Source of the DNA: Gemmatimonadota bacterium
GTDB lineage: Bacteria > Gemmatimonadota > Gemmatimonadetes > Longimicrobiales > Gaopeijiaceae
NCBI GenBank assembly: GCA_039589315.1
Contig: JBDHHQ010000012.1
Coordinates: forward strand, 54,927 to 118,926
DNA length: 64,000 bases
Direction of reading: 5' to 3'
Both the position numbers and the translations under genes were made by a program. The notes beneath the pieces are model-generated. The model was not told the origin of the DNA. It saw nothing but the letters and a program-made list of their open reading frames with translations, and made no database searches. Of the stretch, positions 1 to 8,965 are shown one piece after another. Positions within the stretch are counted from its first letter, which is position 1. Each line of letters opens with the position of its first letter.

Positions 1-827
1 AGGAGCGCGTTGCTGCTTCGGGTCACCTCGAAGGCCGCTTCATACGTGCCCGCGCCCCGGATCGGGAGCAGCACCCGGGCACTGGCTCCGGCCTGGCTGA
101 GGTTTTCCTCTCCGATGAACGCCAGATGGGGAAGAGAGCGGCTCTGGAAGGGCAGCGCGTGGGAGTGCCAGCGGTTCATGGTCCCGAGCTGCTGGAAGAA
201 CTGTCCCAGCTTGAGGGAGAAGCCGCCCGGGAGCGCCACCCACTCCAGATAGGCCTCCTCGAGCTCGAAGCCCGCTTCCTCGCCCCCCTCGCCGTGTCCG
301 TGTCCCTCCTCTCCCTCGAACGGGATCAGCTCACCGCCCGGCGTGTGATACGCGAGGAAGATCTTGGCGCGGGAGTAGGGGTCCAGTGACGATTGGAAGG
401 AGAACTCGAATTCTCTCGGGACGAAGTTGTTCTCGTCGGGGTCGTCCGGGTTGCTGAATGCGAAGAAGTCGGCGTTGACGCTGATCTCCGGGTTGAGCGC
501 CTGCAGCGACCGCTGTCGGCCCACGAACTGCCCCTCCTGAGCCTGCGGGTCTTCGGGAGGGGCGTCCGCCGCGGCCTCCTCGGCGGCCTCGAGGAGCGCT
601 TCCAGCTCGTCACGCTGCTCTTCCTCGGCTCGCGCATCCTCCAGCCTACGCAGGGCGGCGCGGAGACTGTCGATCTCCGCCCGCAGAGAGTCGACCTCTT
701 CACGGATCGAATCTCCTACCTCCTGAGCCCCCACGGCAGACGCCGCTCCCGCCATCGTGGTGGCGATGGCGAGCGCGGTGATCGGCAGCGAAAGCCGCCT
801 CAGAAGTCGGGATGTCGTATACATCAT
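1..827 (-). CDS. Outer-membrane metal-uptake porin/receptor (zinc-regulated TonB-dependent-receptor-like family), 3' part runs off the window
   Basis: Absent from the ORF track (no stop in window). Manual translation from ATG 827: signal peptide, coiled coil, then LNPEISVNAD, EFEFSFQSSLDPYSR, His loop GHGHGE, EEAYLEWVALPGG..KLGQF...G.MNRWHSHALP. Confidence 0.7.
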   Translation of the reverse strand, partial: MMYTTSRLLRRLSLPITALAIATTMAGAASAVGAQEVGDSIREEVDSLRAEIDSLRAALRRLEDARAEEEQRDELEALLEAAEEAAADAPPEDPQAQEGQFVGRQRSLQALNPEISVNADFFAFSNPDDPDENNFVPREFEFSFQSSLDPYSRAKIFLAYHTPGGELIPFEGEEGHGHGEGGEEAGFELEEAYLEWVALPGGFSLKLGQFFQQLGTMNRWHSHALPFQSRSLPHLAFIGEENLSQAGASARVLLPIRGAGTYEAAFEVTRSSNAL

Positions 828-905
828 GAGCCTGATTGCCTGAAACTGACACGCGAGGTGGCTAGCGGCCACACGGCGACTCGCCCCGGAGCGAGGGGCA
901 CCGAT

Positions 906-1235
906 TCAGGCGGCGGGGGGCGCTCTGGGCGGAGGGCGGATGTGCTCGATCTTCGAAAGTGGGACACCGGTGCGGAAGCCATCACGGTCGTCGCGTACTT
1001 CGAGAGATGCCGACTGCGGGCTCTCGGCCCCCAGCACCGCCGTAATGGACTGGATCTGGGAGCAGACGCGGTGGTCGTGGGCGCCCGGGCAGTCGGCAGG
1101 GTCGTGCTGGGGCTCCAGCGTCGTCCGCGCCTGCGCGTCCTGGTCGAGGAGCGTGGGCGCGACCCCCCCGCCCATCGCGAGCAGCAAGGCCAGCGACGTC
1201 AGCATCGTCCTGGACGGGCGGGTTGACGTGTCCAT
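906..1235 (-). CDS. Secreted His/Cys-rich leader peptide with C-terminal RAPP motif (DUF2946/CruR/CutF-like)
   Basis: 109 aa: hydrophobic N-terminus, HDPADCPGAHDHRVC, ends RPPPRAPPAA*; lies 78 nt upstream of the metal receptor on the same strand. Confidence 0.7.
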   Translation of the reverse strand: MDTSTRPSRTMLTSLALLLAMGGGVAPTLLDQDAQARTTLEPQHDPADCPGAHDHRVCSQIQSITAVLGAESPQSASLEVRDDRDGFRTGVPLSKIEHIRPPPRAPPAA

Positions 1236-1386
1236 GGTGTCTCAAAACCGTACGCTGGCGTCCGGCCCGAGTCAACGACCGCCCTCGGACAAGGACGCTC
1301 GCCAGCCAGCACGGGGAACGCTAGCTTGCCGGCCTTCTTGTACAAGCGCGACCCGCTCAGTGGTCCCGATGCGCGAAACAACATGC

Positions 1387-2106
1387 ATGGAAAGGGTGGC
1401 TTTGGGCGCGACTTTCGGCGTCCGCGGACCACGACTCCCCTCGAGGCGCGGGCCCGCTCGCTCGGCCCTCGTGTACCGGGTCGTCCAGCCTCTGCTGATC
1501 ATCATGCTGGGCTGGTCGGCACAGCCCGCCACGGCCCAGGAGGCGCCTATCCTGTTCGACGTTCGCCTGGGTGCCCTCTATGCGAGTCCATTCGCTGAGG
1601 GGCAGACCCTTCATCCGGACGACGTGGGCACGGACGGCCGTGAGTCCGTCGACATCCAACCCGGAATCGGTCCCGCTGCGGATGCCGCGATCCTCCTGGG
1701 CTTCTCGCCCCGGGTGGACGGCGAGCTCCGTCTGGGTCTGTCCTGGAACGGCCTGACGGGGTCCGGAACCTCCGGCACCTGGGACGGGGGTGGCATCACG
1801 ACGGTGTCAGTGTTGGCCGGGCTGGGAGCCAAGCTCTGGCCAGGCGTGGTGCTGAGAGGCGCACTGGGCAAGCTCTTCCACTCGTCGGGTGCCGCCGTCC
1901 TGGACGGCGGCAGCAACACGGGTCTGCTCTTCAGCGGCGGCGTCGGGTACCGACCGGCATTGGATCTGTCCTTCGGCTTGCGGCTGGACGCCGATGTCCA
2001 GTACTACGAGTTCGGATCGTCAGCGCTGCGCGAATCCGGCGCGGCCGACGCCTCGGTGTACCGGGTCTCGCTGATGCTGGCAGCCATCTTCGGAGGAGAC
2101 TCGTGA
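1387..2106 (+). CDS. Outer-membrane beta-barrel protein (start uncertain, 1387 or 1471)
   Basis: Signal peptide ending ATA-QE followed by amphipathic Gly/aromatic strands; GTGA overlap with next gene. Confidence 0.6.
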   Translation: MERVALGATFGVRGPRLPSRRGPARSALVYRVVQPLLIIMLGWSAQPATAQEAPILFDVRLGALYASPFAEGQTLHPDDVGTDGRESVDIQPGIGPAADAAILLGFSPRVDGELRLGLSWNGLTGSGTSGTWDGGGITTVSVLAGLGAKLWPGVVLRGALGKLFHSSGAAVLDGGSNTGLLFSGGVGYRPALDLSFGLRLDADVQYYEFGSSALRESGAADASVYRVSLMLAAIFGGDS

Positions 2107-2837
2107 GCGGGGATGCACGAGGTCGCGGCGTGCGGCGGCCCGGACGGGGAACGGTGGCCCCTATCCTGTCTGCTCTGGTCCTCTTGTCGCTGGGGTTGTC
2201 GGCCGGGTGCGAGACCCCCTCGGTGCCCTTTGACGAGGGTCAGTACGACTTCCGCCTCAACGTGACCACGTCGGCAGGGAGCTTCGTCCGCACGTTCCAC
2301 TGGGGGCCCGGCGCCGAAGTGCCCGTCTTCGTGAACCTGTCATCGACGGAGGGTCGGCCGTCTCTGGCGACCGCGCTGGACCGCGCCAGCGACACGTGGA
2401 CCCGGTCCGCCGTGTTCAGCGAGGTGCGTGTCAGGCGGACCACGGACCTCGGCGAAGCGGTAGCGGTCCTGCAGTGGGCGGATGCGGAGCCCGTGCTCTC
2501 CACCCCGCCGGGCTGTACGGGACCGGTGACCGGGGCCGCCTCCACGGTGGGCTGCTTGAACGAGACGGCCGACTCGCTTCGCACCTGGCGGCGTCGCGAC
2601 GGAGGGTCCTCCAAGGTGCTGTTCAGCGTGTTCGTCAAGGTACGGCCCGATTTCGACGACGAGCTGCTCGACCGCGTCGTCGCGCACGAGGCGGGTCACG
2701 TGCTCGGGATCCTGGCCCACTCCCTGAACGGCGAGGATCTCATGTGGGCCGGTGACCTCGCTTCCGCCAGCCCTTCCGGGGCCGACCGCCAAGCGTTGCG
2801 GAGCCTGTACCAGAGCCCCGTCGACCTCCTCTACTAG
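2103..2837 (+). CDS. Matrixin/M10-like zinc metallopeptidase lipoprotein
   Basis: Lipobox LSAGC; HEAGHVLGILAHS zinc motif and Met-turn (DLM). Confidence 0.8.
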   Translation: MSGDARGRGVRRPGRGTVAPILSALVLLSLGLSAGCETPSVPFDEGQYDFRLNVTTSAGSFVRTFHWGPGAEVPVFVNLSSTEGRPSLATALDRASDTWTRSAVFSEVRVRRTTDLGEAVAVLQWADAEPVLSTPPGCTGPVTGAASTVGCLNETADSLRTWRRRDGGSSKVLFSVFVKVRPDFDDELLDRVVAHEAGHVLGILAHSLNGEDLMWAGDLASASPSGADRQALRSLYQSPVDLLY

Positions 2838-2941
2838 GGGTTGGACGCGGACTCGGTACGCCTCGGTTTCGGTGCTCGCGCGCCCACTCCTGCATCCAGG
2901 CTGCACGTCGTCTGGACGGTGTGGGTGGCGCGCCAGGACGG

Positions 2942-2970
2942 TGGCGCCCGCCGGCGGGCCCGACTATATT
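2942..2970 (+). promoter_or_regulatory. Putative sigma70 promoter for the ncRNA
   Basis: -10 TATATT at 2965-2970, 5 nt before the closing stem of the RNA; weak -35 TGGCGC 17 nt upstream. Confidence 0.45.
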
Positions 2971-2975
2971 GGGTC

Positions 2976-3127
2976 CGCGTGCTGGAGGACTCATTATTGA
3001 GCCAACACGCGCGAAGCCGGGACTGACTCCCGAGGTGGACGTCCTGCCCCCGAGGGGGACTTCGAAAACCGTGGGGAAGTCACCAGAAGTTTAACCCGGG
3101 CTTCAATAAACACCCCTCCAGCGCGTG
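2976..3127 (+). ncRNA. ssrS: Probable 6S RNA
   Basis: Long rod hairpin: CGCGTGCTGGAGG/CCTCCAGCGCGTG closing stem, TTATTGAGCC/GGCTTCAATAA stem, central bubble, TGACTCCC/GGGGAAGTCA inner stem; TTGAGCCAACA..GGGA and GGCTTCAA resemble conserved 6S segments. Confidence 0.68.
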
Positions 3128-3220
3128 TAGAGGCCGGCGTCTCGGGGGCGTCGGCCTCCTTTGTTTGTCCGCGATCCGGGACCGAAACGCCCGAAACCGG
3201 GTAGCCGTTGGCTCCGACTC

Positions 3221-3874
3221 ATGACTGGACGCGGAGCACTGGCGTTGACCGACCTCGAGACCTCCACCCCACCTGCGGACACCCCTTCCCTGGGCGCCGA
3301 CCTGACGCACGCCAGCTTCGAGGAGCTGGTGGCCGAGATGATCCGACGCATCGGCGACGACCCGGATCGGGAGGGACTCCAGAAGACGCCCGAGCGGGTG
3401 GCCAAGGCGTGGGAGCACATGGCTCGCGGATACACGAGCAGCGCCGAGCAAGTGATCGGAGACGCTCTCTTCGAGGAACACCATCACAATATGGTCCTCG
3501 TGAAGGACATCGAGCTGTACTCGATGTGTGAGCATCACCTGCTTCCCTTCTTCGGGAAGGCGCATGTGGCGTATATCCCCAACGGTCAGATCATGGGCCT
3601 GAGCAAGACGGCCCGTCTTGTCGAGGTCTACGCACGGCGCCTGCAAGTCCAGGAGCGGCTCACGGAGCAGATCGCTCAGGCTCTTTGGGAGATCGTCCAG
3701 CCCCAGGGCGTGGGTGTCGTGATCGAAGCGGCGCATCTGTGCATGATGATGCGCGGCGTGGAAAAGCAGAGCTCGAAAACGATCACTTCGGCGATGCGCG
3801 GTCTGTTCCTCAAGGACCACCGGACGAGGGGGGAGTTCCTCCGCCTGGCCACCAGCACGCAGCAGCCCCTCTGA
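3221..3874 (+). CDS. folE: GTP cyclohydrolase I
   Basis: [46 protein letters not shown]. Confidence 0.97.
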   Translation: MTGRGALALTDLETSTPPADTPSLGADLTHASFEELVAEMIRRIGDDPDREGLQKTPERVAKAWEHMARGYTSSAEQVIGDALFEEHHHNMVLVKDIELYSMCEHHLLPFFGKAHVAYIPNGQIMGLSKTARLVEVYARRLQVQERLTEQIAQALWEIVQPQGVGVVIEAAHLCMMMRGVEKQSSKTITSAMRGLFLKDHRTRGEFLRLATSTQQPL

Positions 3875-3887
3875 GTCTTCCGACGCG

Positions 3888-4295
3888 ATGTACACGGTAA
3901 GCGTACAGGCCCACTACGACGCGGCCCACTTCCTGGCCAACTACGACGGGAAGTGCAACCGACTCCACGGTCACCGGTACGTCGTCGAGGCGGCCGTCCA
4001 GACGCCCGATCTGGACGCGTCCGGCATCGCCTTCGATTTTGCCGATCTGAAGGGCCTGCTGCGGGAGCTCGCCGACGAGCTCGACCACCAGAACCTCAAC
4101 GATCTGCCTCAGTTCCGGAACGTGGAGACCAGTGCCGAGAACCAAGCGAAGTACTTCTTCGACGCCCTGCGGGCGCGGCTTCCGGATCACGTGGCCGGCG
4201 GATTGATCTACACGCGGGTCTGGGAGGGGCCCAATCAGTGGGCCCAATTCAGCGAAGGGCCCTGGATGGCGCCCCCTGGGCCGCCGGGTACCTGA
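3888..4295 (+). CDS. queD: 6-carboxytetrahydropterin synthase / PTPS family
   Basis: AAHFL, CNRLHGHRY, DFADLK, LDHQNLND, TSAENQA. Confidence 0.9.
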   Translation: MYTVSVQAHYDAAHFLANYDGKCNRLHGHRYVVEAAVQTPDLDASGIAFDFADLKGLLRELADELDHQNLNDLPQFRNVETSAENQAKYFFDALRARLPDHVAGGLIYTRVWEGPNQWAQFSEGPWMAPPGPPGT

Positions 4296-4431
4296 ACCCT
4301 GTCGTCCGCCGCGAGCCGTCGACCGAATTCTACGTGGGACAAGGAGATGTCGAGCTCCTTGGGCCGTTGCGTGGGCCCCTGGCCCCGCCTACGTTTTGGG
4401 GCGGCAGGCACCCCGACGCTCAACCCCTCCC

Positions 4432-4863
4432 ATGACCTGGCTTCGTAGGCTCTTTGGCGGCAGAGGCCACTCAGAGCGAGTGGACTACTATGAGGAAGGC
4501 CTCGCCCTCCTGTCCGAGGGAAAGTTCCACGAGGCCCTGACTTCGTTTCGCCTTGCGCTCAAGGACGCCCCCGGCGATCCGGTGGTGCTGCAGCAGATCG
4601 CCATCGCCTACACGCGCATCGGCATGACGGACGAGGCCGCCAAGACGTATCGCCATGTGCTCCAGCGCGATCCGGCAGCGGCGGGTGCCCACTACGGCCT
4701 CGCGTTTCTCCTGCTCCGCTCCGGCCACCAGATGGAGGCGGCGCAGCATCTGCGGGCCTTCCTGGACAACGCGCCCCGCACCGTGGAGGCGGAGCAGCAC
4801 GTTTCCCACGCCCGGGCCACGCTCGCCCAGTTGACGGGGGAGCCAGAGCCCGAGCATGGCTGA
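4432..4863 (+). CDS. Tetratricopeptide repeat protein
   Basis: TPR helices (YYEEGLALL, AHYGLAFLL). Confidence 0.8.
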   Translation: MTWLRRLFGGRGHSERVDYYEEGLALLSEGKFHEALTSFRLALKDAPGDPVVLQQIAIAYTRIGMTDEAAKTYRHVLQRDPAAAGAHYGLAFLLLRSGHQMEAAQHLRAFLDNAPRTVEAEQHVSHARATLAQLTGEPEPEHG

Positions 4864-5287
4864 GAAGCGCGTACGGCTCGACTGGACCGGCCAGGGCCTG
4901 GTCTTCCGCGGAGGACCGTCCGCCGACACCGCGGTGACGTTGGACAGCGACGGCGAGCAGGGCCCGTCGCCGACCGACTTCCTTCTGCTGTCGCTGGCGG
5001 GCTGCATGGGTGTGGACGTGCAGGTCATACTCGAGAAGTCCCGGGTTCCGGTTGAGGCCCTGGCGGTGGAGGCATCAGGTCAGCGCGCACCTACCGAGCC
5101 TCGTCGCTTCACCTCGATCCGCCTCGTCTACGAGGTGAAGGGTCCGGAAGAGGAGCACCAGACGCGCCTGGAGAGGGCGGTGGCGCTTTCGAGGGACAAG
5201 TACTGCAGCGTGCTGCACAGCTTGCAGCCCGACATCGATCTCGACATCGAGATCCGACGGACCCGAGCCTCGAACACCGGGGCATAG
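4856..5287 (+). CDS. OsmC/YhfA family protein
   Basis: GPSPTDFLLLSLAGCMG and DKYCSVLHSL. Confidence 0.9.
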   Translation: MAEKRVRLDWTGQGLVFRGGPSADTAVTLDSDGEQGPSPTDFLLLSLAGCMGVDVQVILEKSRVPVEALAVEASGQRAPTEPRRFTSIRLVYEVKGPEEEHQTRLERAVALSRDKYCSVLHSLQPDIDLDIEIRRTRASNTGA

Positions 5288-5338
5288 CTCAGCCCGCCCT
5301 CTCGAGAACGGTTGGGGATCCCCTCACAGGAGACCGCG

Positions 5339-7198
5339 ATGGGGAACGTGGAGTTCACAGCGGACTACGCCGTCCACAAGGCCGACCTACCCCGCGGCAC
5401 GTTGACCCAGCTGTACCTGGACTCCGTCGACCGCTTCCGGACGGCGCCCGCTTTCCGGTGGTTCGAGGGCGAGCGGTTGCTCGAGATGACGCACGACGAG
5501 GCCTTCAGCCGTGTACGGGCTGCGGCAGGGGGGCTCGTCTCGTTGGGACTCGACAAGGGCGGGCGTGCAGCGATCCTCTCGGAGAATCGGCCCGAGTGGG
5601 CCATCGCCGACTACGCGTGCCTTTGCACGGGGATCCAGGACATCCCCATCTACGCGTCTCTGACACCTCACCAGATCGCCTACGTCCTTTCCGACTCGGG
5701 AGCCACGGTCGTCTTCGCCAGCTCCCGCGCGCAGTTGGAAAAGGTGGTCGAGGCCCGGGAGGATTGCGAGCAGGAGATCAAGGTCGTCGTCTTCGACGGG
5801 GTGGACGATCCCCCGCACGACGTGGTCTCGTGGGATGCCCTTCTCGAGCGGGGCAGGGCGTTGGGAAGCGAGGCCAACGAGGAGGCGTTCCGGGCAGGCG
5901 CACGGCAAGCCAAGCCCGACGACGTCGCCACCATCCTCTACACGTCGGGAACGACCGGCGACCCCAAAGGGGTCATGCTGACCCACAACAATCTCTTCTC
6001 CAACGTCACGGCGTCCCTGCGCGTCCTGCGCGTCAGGCCCGACGACGTGACTTTGAGCTTCCTGCCCCTCTCCCACGTGCTCCAGCGCATGGTGGATTAC
6101 CTCATGACGTCGGCAGGGTGCGTGATCGCCTATCCCCGCTCCCTCGAGACCGTCGCGGACGACCTGAGGACCGTACGCCCCACGGTGCAGGTGTCCGTGC
6201 CCCGGGTCTACGAGAAGGTCTACAACAAGGTGATGGAGGCCGAAGGGGTGAAGGGGCGTCTGGTGCAGTGGGCCCGGGAGGTGGGAGAGGCGTGGGTCGC
6301 CGAGACGCTGGCGGGTCGGGAGCCCAGCGGCGCGTTGAAGCTGGTGTACCGCATCGCCGACGGCCTCGTATTCAGGAAGATCCGCGCCGCAGTGGGTGGC
6401 CGCGTGCGCTGGTTCGTCAGCGGCGGCGGCCCTCTTTCGCCTGACATCAACCGGTTCTTCTACTCTGCCGGCCTCACGATCCTCGAGGGCTATGGACTCA
6501 CGGAGACCAGTCCGGTCACCAACGTGAACACCGAGGAGAACTTCAGCATCGGCACGGTGGGGGTGCCCGTCCCGGGCACGGAGATCCAGATCGCTCAGGA
6601 CGGCGAGATCCTCGTTCGGGGACCCCAGGTCATGAAGGGCTATCTGGGCAAGCCCGAGGCCACGGCTGCCGCCATCGATCAGGACGGTTGGTTCCACACC
6701 GGGGACATCGGCGTGTTGGAGGAGGGCTTTCTCCGGATCACCGACCGGAAGAAGGACATCCTGGTCACGGCCGGTGGCAAGAACGTGGCGCCACAACCCA
6801 TCGAGAATCTCCTCAAGAAGAACGTGTTCATCGATCAAGCGGTGATGGTGGGCGACGGACGACGATTCGTGAGTCTGCTCGTGGTGCCGGCTTTTGCCAA
6901 TCTCTCGAGTTGGGCCCAGGCCCGTGGGATCGCGGAGACGGATGCCGAGGCGTTGTGCACCCACCCTGAGGTCCAGCATATGATGAAGGACGTGATCTTC
7001 GGCGAGCTCCACGACCTGGCCCGATACGAACAGCCGAAGAAGGTGGCCTTGATCGCCTCGGAGTTCACGATCGAAGACGGCTCGCTTACGCCGACGCAGA
7101 AGGTGAAGCGCCGAGTGGTGGAAGCGCGGTACGCAGAGCTGATCGAGGCATTCTACGCCGAAGAGAACGAGGATCGCACCATGTTCGGCGTTTCGTGA
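5339..7198 (+). CDS. Long-chain fatty acid-CoA ligase (AMP-binding)
   Basis: YTSGTTGDPKGVMLTH, EGYGLTETSP, WFHTGDIG, ITDRKKD. Confidence 0.93.
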   Translation: MGNVEFTADYAVHKADLPRGTLTQLYLDSVDRFRTAPAFRWFEGERLLEMTHDEAFSRVRAAAGGLVSLGLDKGGRAAILSENRPEWAIADYACLCTGIQDIPIYASLTPHQIAYVLSDSGATVVFASSRAQLEKVVEAREDCEQEIKVVVFDGVDDPPHDVVSWDALLERGRALGSEANEEAFRAGARQAKPDDVATILYTSGTTGDPKGVMLTHNNLFSNVTASLRVLRVRPDDVTLSFLPLSHVLQRMVDYLMTSAGCVIAYPRSLETVADDLRTVRPTVQVSVPRVYEKVYNKVMEAEGVKGRLVQWAREVGEAWVAETLAGREPSGALKLVYRIADGLVFRKIRAAVGGRVRWFVSGGGPLSPDINRFFYSAGLTILEGYGLTETSPVTNVNTEENFSIGTVGVPVPGTEIQIAQDGEILVRGPQVMKGYLGKPEATAAAIDQDGWFHTGDIGVLEEGFLRITDRKKDILVTAGGKNVAPQPIENLLKKNVFIDQAVMVGDGRRFVSLLVVPAFANLSSWAQARGIAETDAEALCTHPEVQHMMKDVIFGELHDLARYEQPKKVALIASEFTIEDGSLTPTQKVKRRVVEARYAELIEAFYAEENEDRTMFGVS

Positions 7199-7527
7199 CA
7201 ACGGGAATCCGGGTCGTGTTGATGACCGCACCCGACGTCGAGACGGGGCAGACGATCGCCCGGACCCTGGTGGACGAGCGGCTGGCTGCGTGCGGGAACG
7301 TGCTGCCCGGCGTGTCGTCCGTGTTCCGGTGGGAGGGGCGGACTCAGTTGGAGGCCGAAGCCCTGGTGATCCTCAAGACGGTGGACAGTGTGGCGGACGC
7401 CATGTTGAAGCGGGCGGCCCACCTCCACCCCTATGACGTTCCCGAGCTCCTGTGCCTGCCCGTGACCGAGGGTTGGGCGCCTTATCTGGACTGGGTTTCG
7501 AGTGAAGTGGGCGGTGAGGCGACATGA
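7195..7527 (+). CDS. cutA: Divalent-cation tolerance protein CutA
   Basis: LVDERLAACGN, SVFRWEG, HPYDVPELL. Confidence 0.93.
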   Translation: MTTGIRVVLMTAPDVETGQTIARTLVDERLAACGNVLPGVSSVFRWEGRTQLEAEALVILKTVDSVADAMLKRAAHLHPYDVPELLCLPVTEGWAPYLDWVSSEVGGEAT

Positions 7528-8393
7528 CGGTGAGACGTACCGGACGAGAGCAGGAGGCGCCCCCGCCGCCGGACGAGCAGGTGGATCTCCTGGACGAGAT
7601 CAGCGAGGCCGAGGACGCGGGCTCGCCGAGCGCTGCCACGACCGTTGAATCGGCGAACGACGTATCGGTGGATGGGGCTGCGGAGCCAGCCGAAGCAGAT
7701 GCCACCGCCGCGCCTGCCGCAGAGGACACGCCCGTCCAAGAGGTGGCCGACCAGGCCGCGCCGGAACCGACGCGGGAGCCCGCCGAGGCTCTCCTGTCGC
7801 AGGCCAAGTCCATGGTCCGTGGCGGTCGCGTCCAGGAGGCACTGCGCATCTACGAGCGGGCCGTCCGGGAGGACCCCAGCAACGTAAAGGCGCGTCACAA
7901 TCTGGGGGTTCTCTACGACGAGTTGGGCTCCCACGAGATGGCCCTCGACCAGTTCGAGGCGGCCCGGGCCGAGGACCCCGACAACCTCGAGCTCCTGACC
8001 AACATCGGCGAGACGCTCATCCACATGGGGCGCTTCGAGGACGCGGAGCGGGAGCTGAACCGGGTGGATCGGGCGGACCCGGAGAACGTCAAGGTCCGCA
8101 CCAACCTGGGCATCCTCTGGTTCCGCCGCGGCAATTACAAGCAGGCCGACATCTTGCTGGGCTGGGTCTGCGAGCGTGACCCGCGCAACGGCCCCGCGCA
8201 TTTCTACCGGGGCGAGGCCCTGAACCGGCTGGGGCGCGTCGACGACGCTCTCGCCGTTCTCCACACCGCCACCGAGCTGGATCCGCAGAACGCCAGGGCC
8301 TTCTACACGCTGGGCATCCTGCACGACAAGCTGCACCAGAACGAGCAGGCCCTGGAGATGTATCGAAAGGCCAGGAAGCTCGGTCGGCGATGA
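7524..8393 (+). CDS. TPR protein with acidic disordered N-terminus
   Basis: About 6 TPR motifs (ARHNLGVLY, VRTNLGIL, AFYTLGIL). Confidence 0.85.
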   Translation: MTVRRTGREQEAPPPPDEQVDLLDEISEAEDAGSPSAATTVESANDVSVDGAAEPAEADATAAPAAEDTPVQEVADQAAPEPTREPAEALLSQAKSMVRGGRVQEALRIYERAVREDPSNVKARHNLGVLYDELGSHEMALDQFEAARAEDPDNLELLTNIGETLIHMGRFEDAERELNRVDRADPENVKVRTNLGILWFRRGNYKQADILLGWVCERDPRNGPAHFYRGEALNRLGRVDDALAVLHTATELDPQNARAFYTLGILHDKLHQNEQALEMYRKARKLGRR

Positions 8394-8911
8394 TCCGGGT
8401 CGTCCTGGCCGATCCGGAGACCCTGCAAACCGAGGCCGTCCTCAGGCCCACGACGTCCGCGCTGGACGGGTCGTCGCTGACGAGCCGCCGGCTCGAATCG
8501 GCCGCTGGGCCCCGCTTGGTCGAACGACTTCAACAGACCGACGACCTTCCCTCCGGGGCCGCCGTCATCACTCCCGCCGGCGACCTCGACTGCTCCTTCC
8601 TCATCCATGCGGTGGTCCAAACGCCGGAAGAGCCGGTGAGCGAGGCGACCGTGCGCCGTGCGCTGATCAACGGATTGCGTCGGGCCGAGGAGTGGGGCCT
8701 GGCGTCGCTGGTGCTCATCCCCTTCGGCATCGGTGCGGGTAATCTGGACGCAGAGGCATCGGCGCGGATCACCGCCGAGGTTCTTCAGGAACACCTGCCG
8801 ACTGTCGATACCCTGGAGGAGATCGTCATCGCCGCGTCCTCAGAGTACGAGAGCCAAGCGTTCCGGACCCGCCTGGCACGGGCTTTCGGGGAAGGTGGCG
8901 TCACCGACTAG
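8390..8911 (+). CDS. Macro domain protein (degenerate)
   Basis: AAG..GAAVITPAGDL..LIHAV, SL.LIPFGIGAG; lacks the canonical GDIT/NAAN/GGG motifs. Confidence 0.8.
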   Translation: MIRVVLADPETLQTEAVLRPTTSALDGSSLTSRRLESAAGPRLVERLQQTDDLPSGAAVITPAGDLDCSFLIHAVVQTPEEPVSEATVRRALINGLRRAEEWGLASLVLIPFGIGAGNLDAEASARITAEVLQEHLPTVDTLEEIVIAASSEYESQAFRTRLARAFGEGGVTD

Positions 8912-8965
8912 ACTCCCGCCTGGGCGTAGGGCTGCGCGACCCGGCAGAGGCTCTCGAGCGACACA

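Noticed and set aside
270..300. Possible frameshift in the G-run of the metal receptor gene
   Set aside because: Counting six C on the plus strand keeps the frame (GHGEGGEEAGFELEEAY)
2841..3026. 61-aa ORF
   Set aside because: No RBS or recognisable motif; overlaps the promoter and ncRNA
3085..3115. preQ1-I or THF-II riboswitch upstream of folE-queD
   Set aside because: Loop consensus not matched; the segment is better explained as the 3' arm of the 6S-like rod
5387..7231. Long antisense ORFs (also 21277-22818, 31885-33276, 44560-46071, 52381-53955, 55574-57211)
   Set aside because: Typical high-GC shadow ORFs opposite well-supported genes
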